Part shown: positions 16,991-26,263 of the stretch, in pieces
How the letters are laid out: each line of letters opens with the position of its first letter
Position numbering within the stretch: position 1 is the stretch's first letter
Assembly: GCA_027460535.1 (NCBI GenBank)
Contig: JAPZAR010000007.1
Coordinates: 1-32,000 of the forward strand
Direction of reading: 5' to 3'
DNA length: 32,000 nucleotides
Source of the DNA: Candidatus Methanoperedens sp.
Lineage (GTDB): Archaea > Halobacteriota > Methanosarcinia > Methanosarcinales > Methanoperedenaceae
Position numbers and translations under genes: made by a program
The notes under the pieces: generated by a model
The model's input: only the letters and a program-made list of their open reading frames with translations
What the model was told of the DNA's origin: nothing
The model's database searches: none

Positions 16991-18565
16991 TCAAATTTCT
17001 TTCCCGGCGACACCATCTATTTTCAGACTTCTATTTTCCAGGTTTACAAACCATATGGGGTAATAAAAAACCTCAAATTTTGTTATGTCAGCATCATCTT
17101 CCAGGCCCTTTATTATTTTTCGCATAACATCCTCTGTAAGCGCCTGTTTATTTGTTTTCCCGGAAATTTGCTGTATCTCAGGGCGGCTTAAAGACTGTTT
17201 TAAATCCGGGGGTTCAAAGTTGATAAGAAAAGAATATAATTTTAAATTTCCTTCTTTTGAAAAAGTTACCATCTTTCTATCCTGTAGATGGTGTATGATA
17301 GTTCTTATTGTCGTCTCGGACAGTTTGGTTTTAAGTTCAAGATCACCGATTGTAATTTTTTTATTTCTATAGATTTCCAACAGAATCCTGATCTCGTTTT
17401 CATTCAAACCGATTAATTTAGAAATACCTGTTGAGTATTTTAATCCATGTTTAATATCCACAAATTCGCCGCTTATAGAATCTACTATAATTGAATGCGA
17501 TGCAAGGCTCTTCGTGATAAATCCCTCCGGAGCAGTTACTTCAACCCAGACAAGTGGATGATAGATAAGCTCGATAGATTTTACATGCTCCTTTTCCCCA
17601 GACAACCAATACTTTTTCCTTCTTTTACCATCAACGATAGCTTCTATCTGCTCTTTTGGGATTTGCGCCTTGACTCCTTTTAATTTTCTCTCGCCAGACT
17701 CATAAGCCTCTTTTACTTTTTCCTTCTCCTCCAGTATCCCTGCAAAGCCCAGGCTTGTTTTTAGTTCGGTAATTTTACCTGTCGCCTTTGGAATCAGTTT
17801 CGGGGTAAGCCCTTTGTGCTGTGTTATTCTCTGGACGGTCTGCATCCTGGTTTTTTCTTTCACCACATTCCCCATCACAAAAAATTCGCTGGTGGTCAAT
17901 TTAGGCAATAATTCCAGTTCTTTCCTGTCTGCAAAAAACAGATCCACCGCTTTTAAATCGTTTTCGGTTGTTAATTTCCCGATAAACTGGTTTCCGCATT
18001 GGGACAGGACATTCTTATTTACAAGCGAAGGTCTTTGAGTTGCAACAAGCAAACCCAACCCCCGCTTTCTCCCTCTTTTTGAAATCTCCTCGATTTCCTT
18101 TATAGAGTCCTTGCTTTGCGGAACAAACCTGTCCGCCTCCTCGATAATCAATAAATACGGCTGCTTTATCTGGCTTTCGATTTCATATAATTTACCTGCA
18201 AAATCAGAAACAACTTTTCTTTGTTTCAGGACATCCGATACATCTAAAATTAAAGAAACGTTATTTGTTATTGATTTTGTTATGAGTTCATAGAAATCAA
18301 AGTCTATTCTAACATCCGCTTCTTCCCCACCAACCCATAACAGTTGAAACTTTTCTTTTAAAGAGAAATATTCCCCTTCCGTATCAACTATACAAAAAGC
18401 GATATTATTTTGCAGCAGTTGTTCGCAGAGTACTGCTATTAAGTAGCTTTTACCACTCCCGCTTTGACCTATTACGCACGTTCTTCCGGTAACCAATTCC
18501 TGCGCATCTATAAAGACTTCTTTTGTATCCGATTTTCCAGTAAGAAGCTGTATTTTGTTAGTCAT
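16991..18565 (-). CDS. HerA/FtsK-clade (DUF87-like) P-loop ATPase fused to a C-terminal winged-helix module
   Basis: 524 aa with Walker A GQSGSGKS (res 33-40), Walker B LLIIEEADRF (res 138-147) and the ATQRPS motif (res 175-180). A wHTH-like segment spans res ~385-445 (NEIRILLEIYRNKKITIGDLELKTKLSETTIRTIIHHLQDRKMV). It is flanked by two related motifs, IELIYHPLVWVEV (res 331-343) and FEVFYYPIWFVNL (res 497-509). Confidence 0.8.
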   Translation of the reverse strand: MTNKIQLLTGKSDTKEVFIDAQELVTGRTCVIGQSGSGKSYLIAVLCEQLLQNNIAFCIVDTEGEYFSLKEKFQLLWVGGEEADVRIDFDFYELITKSITNNVSLILDVSDVLKQRKVVSDFAGKLYEIESQIKQPYLLIIEEADRFVPQSKDSIKEIEEISKRGRKRGLGLLVATQRPSLVNKNVLSQCGNQFIGKLTTENDLKAVDLFFADRKELELLPKLTTSEFFVMGNVVKEKTRMQTVQRITQHKGLTPKLIPKATGKITELKTSLGFAGILEEKEKVKEAYESGERKLKGVKAQIPKEQIEAIVDGKRRKKYWLSGEKEHVKSIELIYHPLVWVEVTAPEGFITKSLASHSIIVDSISGEFVDIKHGLKYSTGISKLIGLNENEIRILLEIYRNKKITIGDLELKTKLSETTIRTIIHHLQDRKMVTFSKEGNLKLYSFLINFEPPDLKQSLSRPEIQQISGKTNKQALTEDVMRKIIKGLEDDADITKFEVFYYPIWFVNLENRSLKIDGVAGKEI

Positions 18566-18719
18566 GGAATGGTATGTGACGTTTTCTTAAATTTTGATAG
18601 CTATGTTGAGTGTGCTTCAGCAATACGTCAGCCCAGCGCCATAATAACGACAATCCCAATATTTCCTCTCATTGAGAGATGATTTGTTAATCATTATATA
18701 TAAACGTATGACTATTTTA

Positions 18720-19427
18720 TCAATTCCACAGGAATTCCCACCATAATCTGAATATCTGTGAACCCATCCCGAAGACATCCTTTACCAGATTGACCTTTGT
18801 TGCACCGCCGTGTTTCCATTCAACGGGAAATTCCTTTACACTGTAACCCTCCCGCTGTGCACGAACAAATAATTCTGTATCCCAGAACCAGTGGGTATCT
18901 TTCACAGAATCCATGATCTCAAACAGGGAGCTGCGTTTGAAGGACTTGAAACCGCATTGATGATCATAGAGTTTTGAGCCAAGCATCAATCTCGTAAGGA
19001 AGTTGAAACCTTTGCTTGCAAGACCCCTTTTGAAAGGTCTTCTGACATTGCTTTCCGGAAGCATTCTTGAACCCGTGGCAAAATCGTAACCATCGCGGAT
19101 GGATTGTATGAGTTCCATCAGGTGCTTCATATCTGTTGCAAGGTCAACGTCGATGTATCCAAGGATCTCCCCTTTTGAGGCCGCAAACGCCCGGTTGAGC
19201 GCCCGGCCTCTGCCTTGCCTCTCATCAGAATGCAGATGTATCACAAAATCATATTTTTTCGAGAGGGCTTCACATATTTTATCCGTGCCGTCCCTGCTTC
19301 CATCTTCGGCAATTATGATCTCAAAAGATGGCGTTATCTCCCGGAGCGCTGCTGCTGTTCTCTCCACCGTGCTTTCCAAGCGCGCTGCCTCGTTATAAGC
19401 CGGAAGGACAATTGAAACCTCTACTAT
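18720..19427 (-). CDS. Family 2 glycosyltransferase (dolichyl/polyprenyl-phosphate sugar synthase-like)
   Basis: GT-A features are present: AEDGSRDGT, the DxD motif in YIDVDLATD, and the HQCGFK region. The ORF track starts at TTG 19379. The canonical GT2 N-terminal strand VSIVLPAYNE is encoded in frame upstream, reaching an ATA (19425-19427) placed 7 nt after GGAGG. Confidence 0.85.
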   Translation of the reverse strand: MVEVSIVLPAYNEAARLESTVERTAAALREITPSFEIIIAEDGSRDGTDKICEALSKKYDFVIHLHSDERQGRGRALNRAFAASKGEILGYIDVDLATDMKHLMELIQSIRDGYDFATGSRMLPESNVRRPFKRGLASKGFNFLTRLMLGSKLYDHQCGFKSFKRSSLFEIMDSVKDTHWFWDTELFVRAQREGYSVKEFPVEWKHGGATKVNLVKDVFGMGSQIFRLWWEFLWN

Positions 19428-20725
19428 TGTAATGCCTCCTTCTTCAATATATTTTCAGAGCATTTAAATCCTGCCACGATCGAGCCATTCATGCTCCTCT
19501 CCGGGTAATTCGCGTCCGAGAACATACCCGCTAAATAGAGCCCTCTGATCTTTGTTTCATAAGGCAGGACTTTTTTTCCGTATCCTGTTTCATACACTGG
19601 TGCCGTGTCCTTATCCCTGCGCAGGCGCCACCATTTCACCTTCTTCCGGAATTCCGGGAAGAGCTTTTCAAGCCCTTTCAGGTATAATTCGATGATGTCT
19701 TCATCTTTTGATTTCCAGAGAACGCTATCAATACTTTGGAAATATGAGGTCACATACATCAGGTTTTCCCCATAATCTGATGCCGGGATAAAGTTAGTAT
19801 GCTCTATCATGGCGCCAAAGGGCACCTCAACCCTGATGTTCAGCCAGTAGGTATCATCCATGACCCTTTCCCTCAATCCAAAAAGTGCGCATGCCGTACC
19901 CTGGTAACTGATTTCCATATCAAGTCCCAGAAATTCCGTATCCATTATTTTCTGGAGGACAGAAGGGGCAACGGTTGAAATAACCCTGTCGCATCCGATG
20001 AACTCACCATCAACGATAATGCCCCGGACAGAACCATTGTTTACCTCGATCCGTGACACATTGCCCTGCCTTATAGCGCCCCCCTTTTTCCTGATATGCG
20101 AAGCCATCTCCTCCATGAGAGCATGAAAACCCCCGCGCATGTAACCCAGGCGCTCCCCTTTCGCGCTCCTGTCCGAGCGGATGCGAACGCGACCAAGGAG
20201 CCAGGCTGCTGACACCTTGTCTTTGTTATCACCGAACTTGCCCGAAAGCAGGGGAAGGAAGAAATTATTATAAACAGATTCGCCCGCTGTATCCACTATC
20301 CACTCCTTTGCGGTAATATCATCATATGGAGCCAGGTCTTTTATCCTTCTTGCCTTCAACACGAGCCATGTTAATCCTATAACATCCATCAACGGCAATG
20401 CTTTCAGTATCTCAAAAGGCGTGTTCATCGGGAATATTTTACCTTCGAGGTAATATCCTGTCGTGCCCCTGCGCCATTCAAGCCGATTCCTAAGACCCAG
20501 TTCCTCTATAAGAGATATGAGTTCCCCGTCACCTGCGAAGATATGATGATAGTATTTTTCGATATGATACGTTCCCGTATTAAGATCCGGGACTTTTATG
20601 GTATAGCTTGATGCCATTCCTCCGAGTTCTGGCTCTTTCTCGACGACAACAACTTCTTCTTTCCCGGAAAGCTTATATGCAGCTGCAAGCCCTGCGAGTC
20701 CGCCGCCGATGATTATTGTCTTCAT
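19424..20725 (-). CDS. FAD/NAD(P)-dependent oxidoreductase, amine-oxidase/phytoene-desaturase-like fold
   Basis: 433 aa with the N-terminal dinucleotide-binding motif IIIGGGLAGLAAA...VVVEKEPELGG. The TAG stop overlaps the proposed start of the GT2 gene. Confidence 0.85.
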   Translation of the reverse strand: MKTIIIGGGLAGLAAAYKLSGKEEVVVVEKEPELGGMASSYTIKVPDLNTGTYHIEKYYHHIFAGDGELISLIEELGLRNRLEWRRGTTGYYLEGKIFPMNTPFEILKALPLMDVIGLTWLVLKARRIKDLAPYDDITAKEWIVDTAGESVYNNFFLPLLSGKFGDNKDKVSAAWLLGRVRIRSDRSAKGERLGYMRGGFHALMEEMASHIRKKGGAIRQGNVSRIEVNNGSVRGIIVDGEFIGCDRVISTVAPSVLQKIMDTEFLGLDMEISYQGTACALFGLRERVMDDTYWLNIRVEVPFGAMIEHTNFIPASDYGENLMYVTSYFQSIDSVLWKSKDEDIIELYLKGLEKLFPEFRKKVKWWRLRRDKDTAPVYETGYGKKVLPYETKIRGLYLAGMFSDANYPERSMNGSIVAGFKCSENILKKEALQ

Positions 20726-20788
20726 TACCTGCCCGTATTGCCCGGGGAAATATAAAAAGATGATTATGGATTAATATCCCGGGATGGA

Positions 20789-21535
20789 TTAACGTATCCT
20801 CTTCTGCACCATCTTCCACGACCCCGTTGTGAGGAAGCTCTCTTCCATGTTCTCCACCATCGTAACGAATTTCGTCATTGGCACTGCAAGTGTGAGTTCA
20901 TCCGCATGAACATAGGGACGCGCCGAGACATCGAACATTCCAAGAACCCCTCTGGGATTTTCAGAATCCTTTTCAAGATAGGGATACTGAACGATGGTAC
21001 CGCAGCCTGACCCGAAGGGCGAGATCACACCGTTCGGCTCACCCACATCAAAACCGGCAAGAGTGAAAATGCCGGAGAGAACATCGGGTTTGGAAAAGAA
21101 AATAACAACCTCAGGATTATCATCATTCTCAAGCATGTCCCACCTCTTGAATACGATGAACTGCGAAGGAGCTTTAAAAACAGGTACATTTTTCATCAAT
21201 TCTTTCACAAGTTCGGGGGATTTCTTGTAGCGCTCACCTTCAAGCTCGCCAGGAATCCCGCATGAAAGGAAGAATTCAAAGTTGGGTCTGATTTTTTCTG
21301 AAAAACCCAGGTATCTTTTCCCGCCAAAGCAGCCCACGGATTCAATGTTGAAGCAGAGGGACTTGCCCTTCCTGACATTCGATAAAGCCCCTATTATACA
21401 TCTTGCTACGGAGCCGGGTTTTACGAATTCTGCATGTCCTTCCTCATCAGTATAGTAAAAGGTGATGGGAAGTTCCGCATTGTTGAAATATTTTTTCCAG
21501 AGTTCGATGAATTTATCTTTGAGTTCCATGTCCAT
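20789..21535 (-). CDS. DUF169 (ArCR/COG2043-like) protein
   Basis: 248-aa ORF with GGAGG 8 nt upstream of the ATG. The length and motifs (CFGGKRYLGF, GCGT) resemble the DUF169 family from memory. Confidence 0.6.
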   Translation of the reverse strand: MDMELKDKFIELWKKYFNNAELPITFYYTDEEGHAEFVKPGSVARCIIGALSNVRKGKSLCFNIESVGCFGGKRYLGFSEKIRPNFEFFLSCGIPGELEGERYKKSPELVKELMKNVPVFKAPSQFIVFKRWDMLENDDNPEVVIFFSKPDVLSGIFTLAGFDVGEPNGVISPFGSGCGTIVQYPYLEKDSENPRGVLGMFDVSARPYVHADELTLAVPMTKFVTMVENMEESFLTTGSWKMVQKRIR

Positions 21536-21638
21536 AAATCATTCCTCCTGCCAGCTATAGTAAAGTATTACTGCCTGTGCATTATTAACTTAATCTATTA
21601 TCAGGCTTTCTTAGAATTATAATGAAAGCGGATCAAAT

Positions 21639-21800
21639 CTACTTCTCTATTATGGTCTCTTCTATCTTGATCCCGAAATGCCTCGCAGCAGCCTCGAAAT
21701 TCACCAGCACCTCATCGCCTTCCTTGAACTCGGCCTCAGGGACGGTCTTCCCATTGGCGCCGACACGCTTTATCGCCTATACATTCTTAAGCAAGGTCAT
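21639..21800 (-). pseudogene. Orphan 3'-terminal fragment of a dehydroquinate synthase II (aroB') homologue
   Basis: The minus-strand translation [51 protein letters not shown] aligns with the C-terminus of the intact aroB' ([52 protein letters not shown]). An internal TAG replaces a Glu codon. No upstream coding continuation exists. Confidence 0.85.
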
Positions 21801-21876
21801 TTCAAACTTATTTATAGATAATATCCTCATCGATAAATTCATACACAAGTTCAACATACTATTATGAGGCAGCATT

Positions 21877-22098
21877 ATGAAAAAAGAATTCACCGTAGTC
21901 ATAGAGCAGGACGAGGACGGTATATACATAGCATCCGTGCCCGAACTCGAAGGATGTCATACTCAGGCAAAAACCCTTGATGAATTAAGAGAAAGGATAA
22001 AGGAAGCGATCCAGCTTTATTTAGAAGTCGAATCAGACCTCATCCAGGAAGTCCCTTTAAATTTCGTAGGCATCCAGAAGGTCGAGGTCGCAGTTTGA
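21877..22098 (+). CDS. hicB: HicB-family antitoxin (UPF0150-type)
   Basis: 73 aa with the typical HicB N-terminal fold signature FTVVIEQDEDGIYIASVPELEGCHTQAKTLDELRERIKEAI. GAGG lies 7 nt upstream. The stop abuts the hicA ATG. Confidence 0.88.
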   Translation: MKKEFTVVIEQDEDGIYIASVPELEGCHTQAKTLDELRERIKEAIQLYLEVESDLIQEVPLNFVGIQKVEVAV

Positions 22099-22332
22099 AT
22101 GGATTCAATAAAACCTCTGCCTGTTAAGAAAGTTATAAAGATGCTTGAAAAGATAGGTTTCCAGCAGATAAGACAGAAAGGCAGCCATCTGTTCATGCGC
22201 CATCCGGATGGGAGAACTACAATAATCACCGTGCATCCCGGTGAGGATATTGGAAAAGGAACGATCCGCAAGGTAATAAACGATGCAAAAATCACGAGAG
22301 AAGAATGGCTTGACCTTATAAACAGTCTATAA
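22099..22332 (+). CDS. hicA: HicA-family mRNA interferase toxin
   Basis: 77 aa with the YcfA/HicA signature VIKMLEKIGFQQIRQKGSHLFMRHPDGRTTIITVHPGEDIGKGTIRKV. Confidence 0.88.
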   Translation: MDSIKPLPVKKVIKMLEKIGFQQIRQKGSHLFMRHPDGRTTIITVHPGEDIGKGTIRKVINDAKITREEWLDLINSL

Positions 22333-22471
22333 TATACAGAGCATTCATTTTCACCCCTTCAACCCTTTTTAAACCCGACAATCATAAATAATCCAAATTT
22401 CCTGCGCGCGACCGACCCCAATGCGCTATACGTTTTCCAAGTGCTTCAGCGATTATGCCAGCGCCGGAAAA

Positions 22472-23605
22472 TCACTTCTCAATAATCGTCTCCTCTATCT
22501 TTATCCCAAAATGCCTCGCCGCCGCCTCAAAATACACCAACACCTCGTCGCCTTCCTTGAGCGAGGTCACAGGCATGGGTTTCCCATCGATTCCCACAAG
22601 TTTTATGGTCTCAGCGTTCTGGAGCAGTGTCTTGATCTTCGCTCCCTCCACCTCGGCTTCCACCAGCATCAGGGGTCTTCGCTCGATCTTCACCCTTCCC
22701 ACGACCGCAGGCCGCGTCTCGCCTTCGGAATTGATTATCAGGACATCATCCCCTGAGGAAAGCTCTGAGAGGTAGCGTGTTTTTTCGCCCACCCTGATAT
22801 AGGCATGCACCGCCCCTGCGTTCACCCTGAAAGGCCGCGCGGCCACGTATGGGCTCTCCTCCGATTCCGAATGCACCAGGAACAGCCCATTGCTCTGCGA
22901 ACCTATCAGCATCCCCTCCCCCTGGATCATCAGGGAAGCAGTATCAACACACACACGGTCGCCCATTCCTACCTGCTTCACCTTTGTCACTCTGGCTTTA
23001 GCAAGAGGGACCTTTTCCATTCCTGACCTATCCCTGACAGCCACAACTTTCTTTATTTCTGAAAGATTATCCGTATCGAGAAGCACGCCATCGGAACCGT
23101 GCTCCAGAGTCTCAAGCGCGAGTTTTGCTTCCTCTGCATTCCGGACACCTGCTATGATCTCAACATCAAGTTTCTGAAGCCCTGCGATAAGGTTCTCAAG
23201 CGGGATGACCTTCCAGTCCGTACCTATAACAATAAGGTAATCGCACGATTTTCCCAGTTCAACTGCGAACTGCTCATATTTCTTGTTCTTTATGACAACA
23301 TACCCTGCAACGGCTTTACCTTCCCGGCTCAGGCGCCTTGCTTGCGCTATATCCTCGGAGTTCGCGAAATCCGAAGGTAACTTCTTTGTCCCGTCACCTT
23401 CGCCGTCTTTTCCCACGACCATTATGTCGGCTTCATCTCCTTGTGCTGCGACCTTAATATTCCCCAATTCTCTTACCTTCCCGACATCCTCGGAATTCAA
23501 CAGTATGGCATCCGCTCCGGACTCAAGGCCTGTGGTAACGCGAGGCTTATTCTCATCCCAGGAACCGCTGTCAGCTTTTATCCAGACGGCCTTTTCTATT
23601 TTCAC
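22472..23605 (-). CDS. aroB': 3-dehydroquinate synthase II (archaeal type)
   Basis: 377 aa with an N-terminus ([16 protein letters not shown]) and length matching the MJ1249-type enzyme. The start overlaps the aroA' stop by 4 nt (ATGA). Confidence 0.88.
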   Translation of the reverse strand: MKIEKAVWIKADSGSWDENKPRVTTGLESGADAILLNSEDVGKVRELGNIKVAAQGDEADIMVVGKDGEGDGTKKLPSDFANSEDIAQARRLSREGKAVAGYVVIKNKKYEQFAVELGKSCDYLIVIGTDWKVIPLENLIAGLQKLDVEIIAGVRNAEEAKLALETLEHGSDGVLLDTDNLSEIKKVVAVRDRSGMEKVPLAKARVTKVKQVGMGDRVCVDTASLMIQGEGMLIGSQSNGLFLVHSESEESPYVAARPFRVNAGAVHAYIRVGEKTRYLSELSSGDDVLIINSEGETRPAVVGRVKIERRPLMLVEAEVEGAKIKTLLQNAETIKLVGIDGKPMPVTSLKEGDEVLVYFEAAARHFGIKIEETIIEK

Positions 23606-24417
23606 CGGAGAGCCTCCATGGCATCTTCCACGCTTGCGCCTTTATGTGCCACGAGTGTGAGCGCCCGCGTCATCGCCGTGGGATTATCATGCTGGAAAAC
23701 ATTGCGTCCGATGGCGACCCCGCGCCCTCCGGCGTCCAGCGCCGCACGCACCATTGAAAGGAATTCCTCATCTGTATTTGTCTTGGGACCGCCTGCCATT
23801 ACCACCGGAACAGGACAGCCTTCCACGACCGACCTGAAGGAATCCACATCACCTGTGAAATTGGTCTTTATGATATCTGCGCCCAGTTCTGCACCCACGC
23901 GCGCAACATGGGCCACAAGTTCGGGGTCGTTGGAGTTCTTGATATCCTTGCCGCGCGGGTACATCATCGCAATAAGGGGCATTCCCCAGTTGTCGCATTG
24001 TTCAGCTACAGACCCGAATTTTTCTAACTGTTTGGCTTCCGTTTCCGAGCCAATATTAATGTGTATGCTCACAGCATCGGCTCCCATTCTAATAGCCTCT
24101 TCAACGGTACATACCTGCACTTTATCATTGGGATCAGGTCCGAGCGATGTTGATGCGCTCATGTGTATGATGAGCCCGATATCGCGTCCGTATCCTCGAT
24201 GACCATGCTTTGCCATGCCTTTTTGGAGGAGAACAGCGTTCGCCCCACCATCTGCCACCCTGTTCACCATGTCCGCAAGATCGACTATGCCCCTAACAGG
24301 CCCCATGGATATCCCATGATCCATAGGTATTATCACCATGTTCCTGCTCTCTCTGTCCATTATCCTCTCGAGTCGAATTTTTTTGCCGATTTCTGACAAT
24401 TCAATCACCTTTATCAT
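23602..24417 (-). CDS. aroA': 2-amino-3,7-dideoxy-D-threo-hept-6-ulosonate (ADH) synthase, class I aldolase family
   Basis: The product aligns by eye along its whole length with the MJ0400-type enzyme (RLERI..., [51 protein letters not shown]). I chose the start at ATG 24417. The 20-codon extension to 24477 would cover a TATA-like box (TATTTATAT). Confidence 0.92.
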   Translation of the reverse strand: MIKVIELSEIGKKIRLERIMDRESRNMVIIPMDHGISMGPVRGIVDLADMVNRVADGGANAVLLQKGMAKHGHRGYGRDIGLIIHMSASTSLGPDPNDKVQVCTVEEAIRMGADAVSIHINIGSETEAKQLEKFGSVAEQCDNWGMPLIAMMYPRGKDIKNSNDPELVAHVARVGAELGADIIKTNFTGDVDSFRSVVEGCPVPVVMAGGPKTNTDEEFLSMVRAALDAGGRGVAIGRNVFQHDNPTAMTRALTLVAHKGASVEDAMEALR

Positions 24418-24503
24418 GTTAGTATGTAACACACTTACACGGTATTTACGATATAAATACCCATCGGTTAATTTCAAAGAACCTGATTATATCCAGCTGC
24501 GAT

Positions 24504-24875
24504 TCAAAGGATCTTCGTGACTTTCTCAGCGGCTTTTTTTAACTCGTTAAGGATCAGGCCGATGTATCCTTCCTTCCCAACAAGGACCACGATCAATGCA
24601 TCCGGGCCTGCAGTAAATGTTATAAGATGTTTATCCTCCGTCTCGACGCTGATGGATTTTGGTTTCTGGCTGCTCAAACGCATAGTCGTGGATTCTGCCG
24701 ATATGTAAAGGGTTGCTGTCAGGGCCGCAAATGCTTCACTATTGAGCCCATTATTTTTTTCTTTCGAAACCATAAGCAAACCCTGCTTTGAAATTACCGC
24801 CGCGAGTTCGATACCACCCACCCCCTCCAGGTCAGAGAGGACTTTTTCAAGGGATTTTGCAATTGTTTCCATCAT
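24504..24875 (-). CDS. Roadblock/LC7 (MglB-like) domain protein, second paralog
   Basis: 123 aa beginning SLEKVLSDLEGVGGIELAAVISKQGLLM. It is about one-third identical by eye to the 8204-8569 product. Confidence 0.85.
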   Translation of the reverse strand: MMETIAKSLEKVLSDLEGVGGIELAAVISKQGLLMVSKEKNNGLNSEAFAALTATLYISAESTTMRLSSQKPKSISVETEDKHLITFTAGPDALIVVLVGKEGYIGLILNELKKAAEKVTKIL

Positions 24876-24971
24876 TGTTCCGAATTTAACTCTCTAATCA
24901 CCCTGAAATATATTACCCCTGTATACAAAAATGTATTGAATCTTATCTATAAAATATTTTACTTCCAGTAT

Positions 24972-26210
24972 TTAGGCGAACATCCCTTCAGAATGGAGAT
25001 TGGTTTTTGTTGTTTGGATCGTTAACTTTTTGATCGCGTTCTGGAAATCATCCATTCCCACGCTGTATCGCTCTTCTCTTACTGCAAGCATCCCGGCTTC
25101 CATCGCAATTGCCTTAAGATCCGAGCCATTGGCTCCATCGGTAAGAGAGGCGAGTGCTTCAAAATCAACCTCTTCTGAAAGCTTCATTTTCTTTGAATGG
25201 ATTTTCAGGATTGTTGTGCGTGCTTCCTTACTTGGCATCGGGATTGCAATGAACCGATCGAATCTTCCGGGGCGAAGAAGCGCAGGGTCAAGTATATCAG
25301 GCCTGTTGGTTGCCGCTATTATCCTGACATTCCCCCGATTGTTAAAACCATCCATTTCCGAAAGGAGCTGCATCAGTGTGCGCTGGACTTCCCTGTCTCC
25401 GGAGGTTGCCGTGTCAAGGCGTTTTGCCCCTATGGAATCAAGCTCGTCTATGAATAGAATGCTCGGAGCTTTCTCTTTTGCCATTTTGAAAAGATCCCGC
25501 ACCAGCCTTGCCCCTTCACCTATGTATTTCTGTACAAGCTCCGAGCCCACGATCCTGATGAACGTGGCCTTGGTCTGGCTTGCCACGGCTTTTGCAAGAA
25601 GTGTTTTCCCCGTTCCCGGAGGGCCATATAACAGTACGCCTTTTGGAGGCTCGATCCCGATACGTTCGAACACCTCTGGTTTTGTAAGGGGCATTTCTAC
25701 CGTCTCTCTCACATCGCGGATCGGTTCCTCAAGACCCCCTATATCTGAATATGACACACCCGGGGACTCTATGACTTCCATGGCGTTCACATACGGATCG
25801 CGTGAAGAAGGAAGGACCCCGATGACTGCAAGAGTCTGGTAATTCAAAGAAACCCGCGACCCCGGTACGAGTTCGGAGCTGTTTATCAGCTGTGATGCTC
25901 CCACCACGAACTGCGGGCCGGTGCTGCTCCTGATAATGACCTTATTGTTTTCAAGAACATCCACCACACTGCCCACGACCAGCGGAGGTGTTTTGAGCCT
26001 TTCAAGCTCGCTTTTTAACTGCCTTAACTCTCTCTCATACTTGAGCTTCTGGCTCTCAGTAAAACGCTTTTCCAATTCTATCTTATTGGCCTGGTCCCTC
26101 AGGATATTGTTCCTTTCCTCAAGCATTTTTATCCTGTCCATCAAATAGCGAGAAAAATCGTCGCTTGCCATACCGATCGGGCTTTCCCGGTTTTCCTGAG
26201 CTTCAGACAT
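24972..26210 (-). CDS. pan: Proteasome-activating nucleotidase (AAA+ ATPase PAN)
   Basis: The 412-aa product has an N-terminal coiled coil and an OB region. Walker A is [15 protein letters not shown], Walker B is [11 protein letters not shown], and second region of homology is present. GGAG lies 6 nt upstream of ATG 26210. The 80-codon extension in the ORF track runs through the divergent mbf1 start and is rejected. Confidence 0.93.
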   Translation of the reverse strand: MSEAQENRESPIGMASDDFSRYLMDRIKMLEERNNILRDQANKIELEKRFTESQKLKYERELRQLKSELERLKTPPLVVGSVVDVLENNKVIIRSSTGPQFVVGASQLINSSELVPGSRVSLNYQTLAVIGVLPSSRDPYVNAMEVIESPGVSYSDIGGLEEPIRDVRETVEMPLTKPEVFERIGIEPPKGVLLYGPPGTGKTLLAKAVASQTKATFIRIVGSELVQKYIGEGARLVRDLFKMAKEKAPSILFIDELDSIGAKRLDTATSGDREVQRTLMQLLSEMDGFNNRGNVRIIAATNRPDILDPALLRPGRFDRFIAIPMPSKEARTTILKIHSKKMKLSEEVDFEALASLTDGANGSDLKAIAMEAGMLAVREERYSVGMDDFQNAIKKLTIQTTKTNLHSEGMFA

Positions 26211-26263
26211 GGTGGTCTCCGAATGATATTTAAGCGTGTACGGTATATAGAGTTTTCGTCGAG
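26211..26263. promoter_or_regulatory. Divergent promoter region between pan and mbf1
   Basis: The 53-nt gap contains two AT-rich TATA-like elements, ATATTTAAG and GTATATAG. One is suitably placed for each divergent gene. Confidence 0.4.

Noticed and set aside
16700-18719. Direct repeats or att-like sites flanking the HerA-like gene (TTGTTAGTATCATAAT near 16742 versus TTGTTAATCATTAT near 18685).
   Set aside because: The similarity is short, imperfect and in very AT-rich DNA, which makes it indistinguishable from chance. No integrase or transposase is present.
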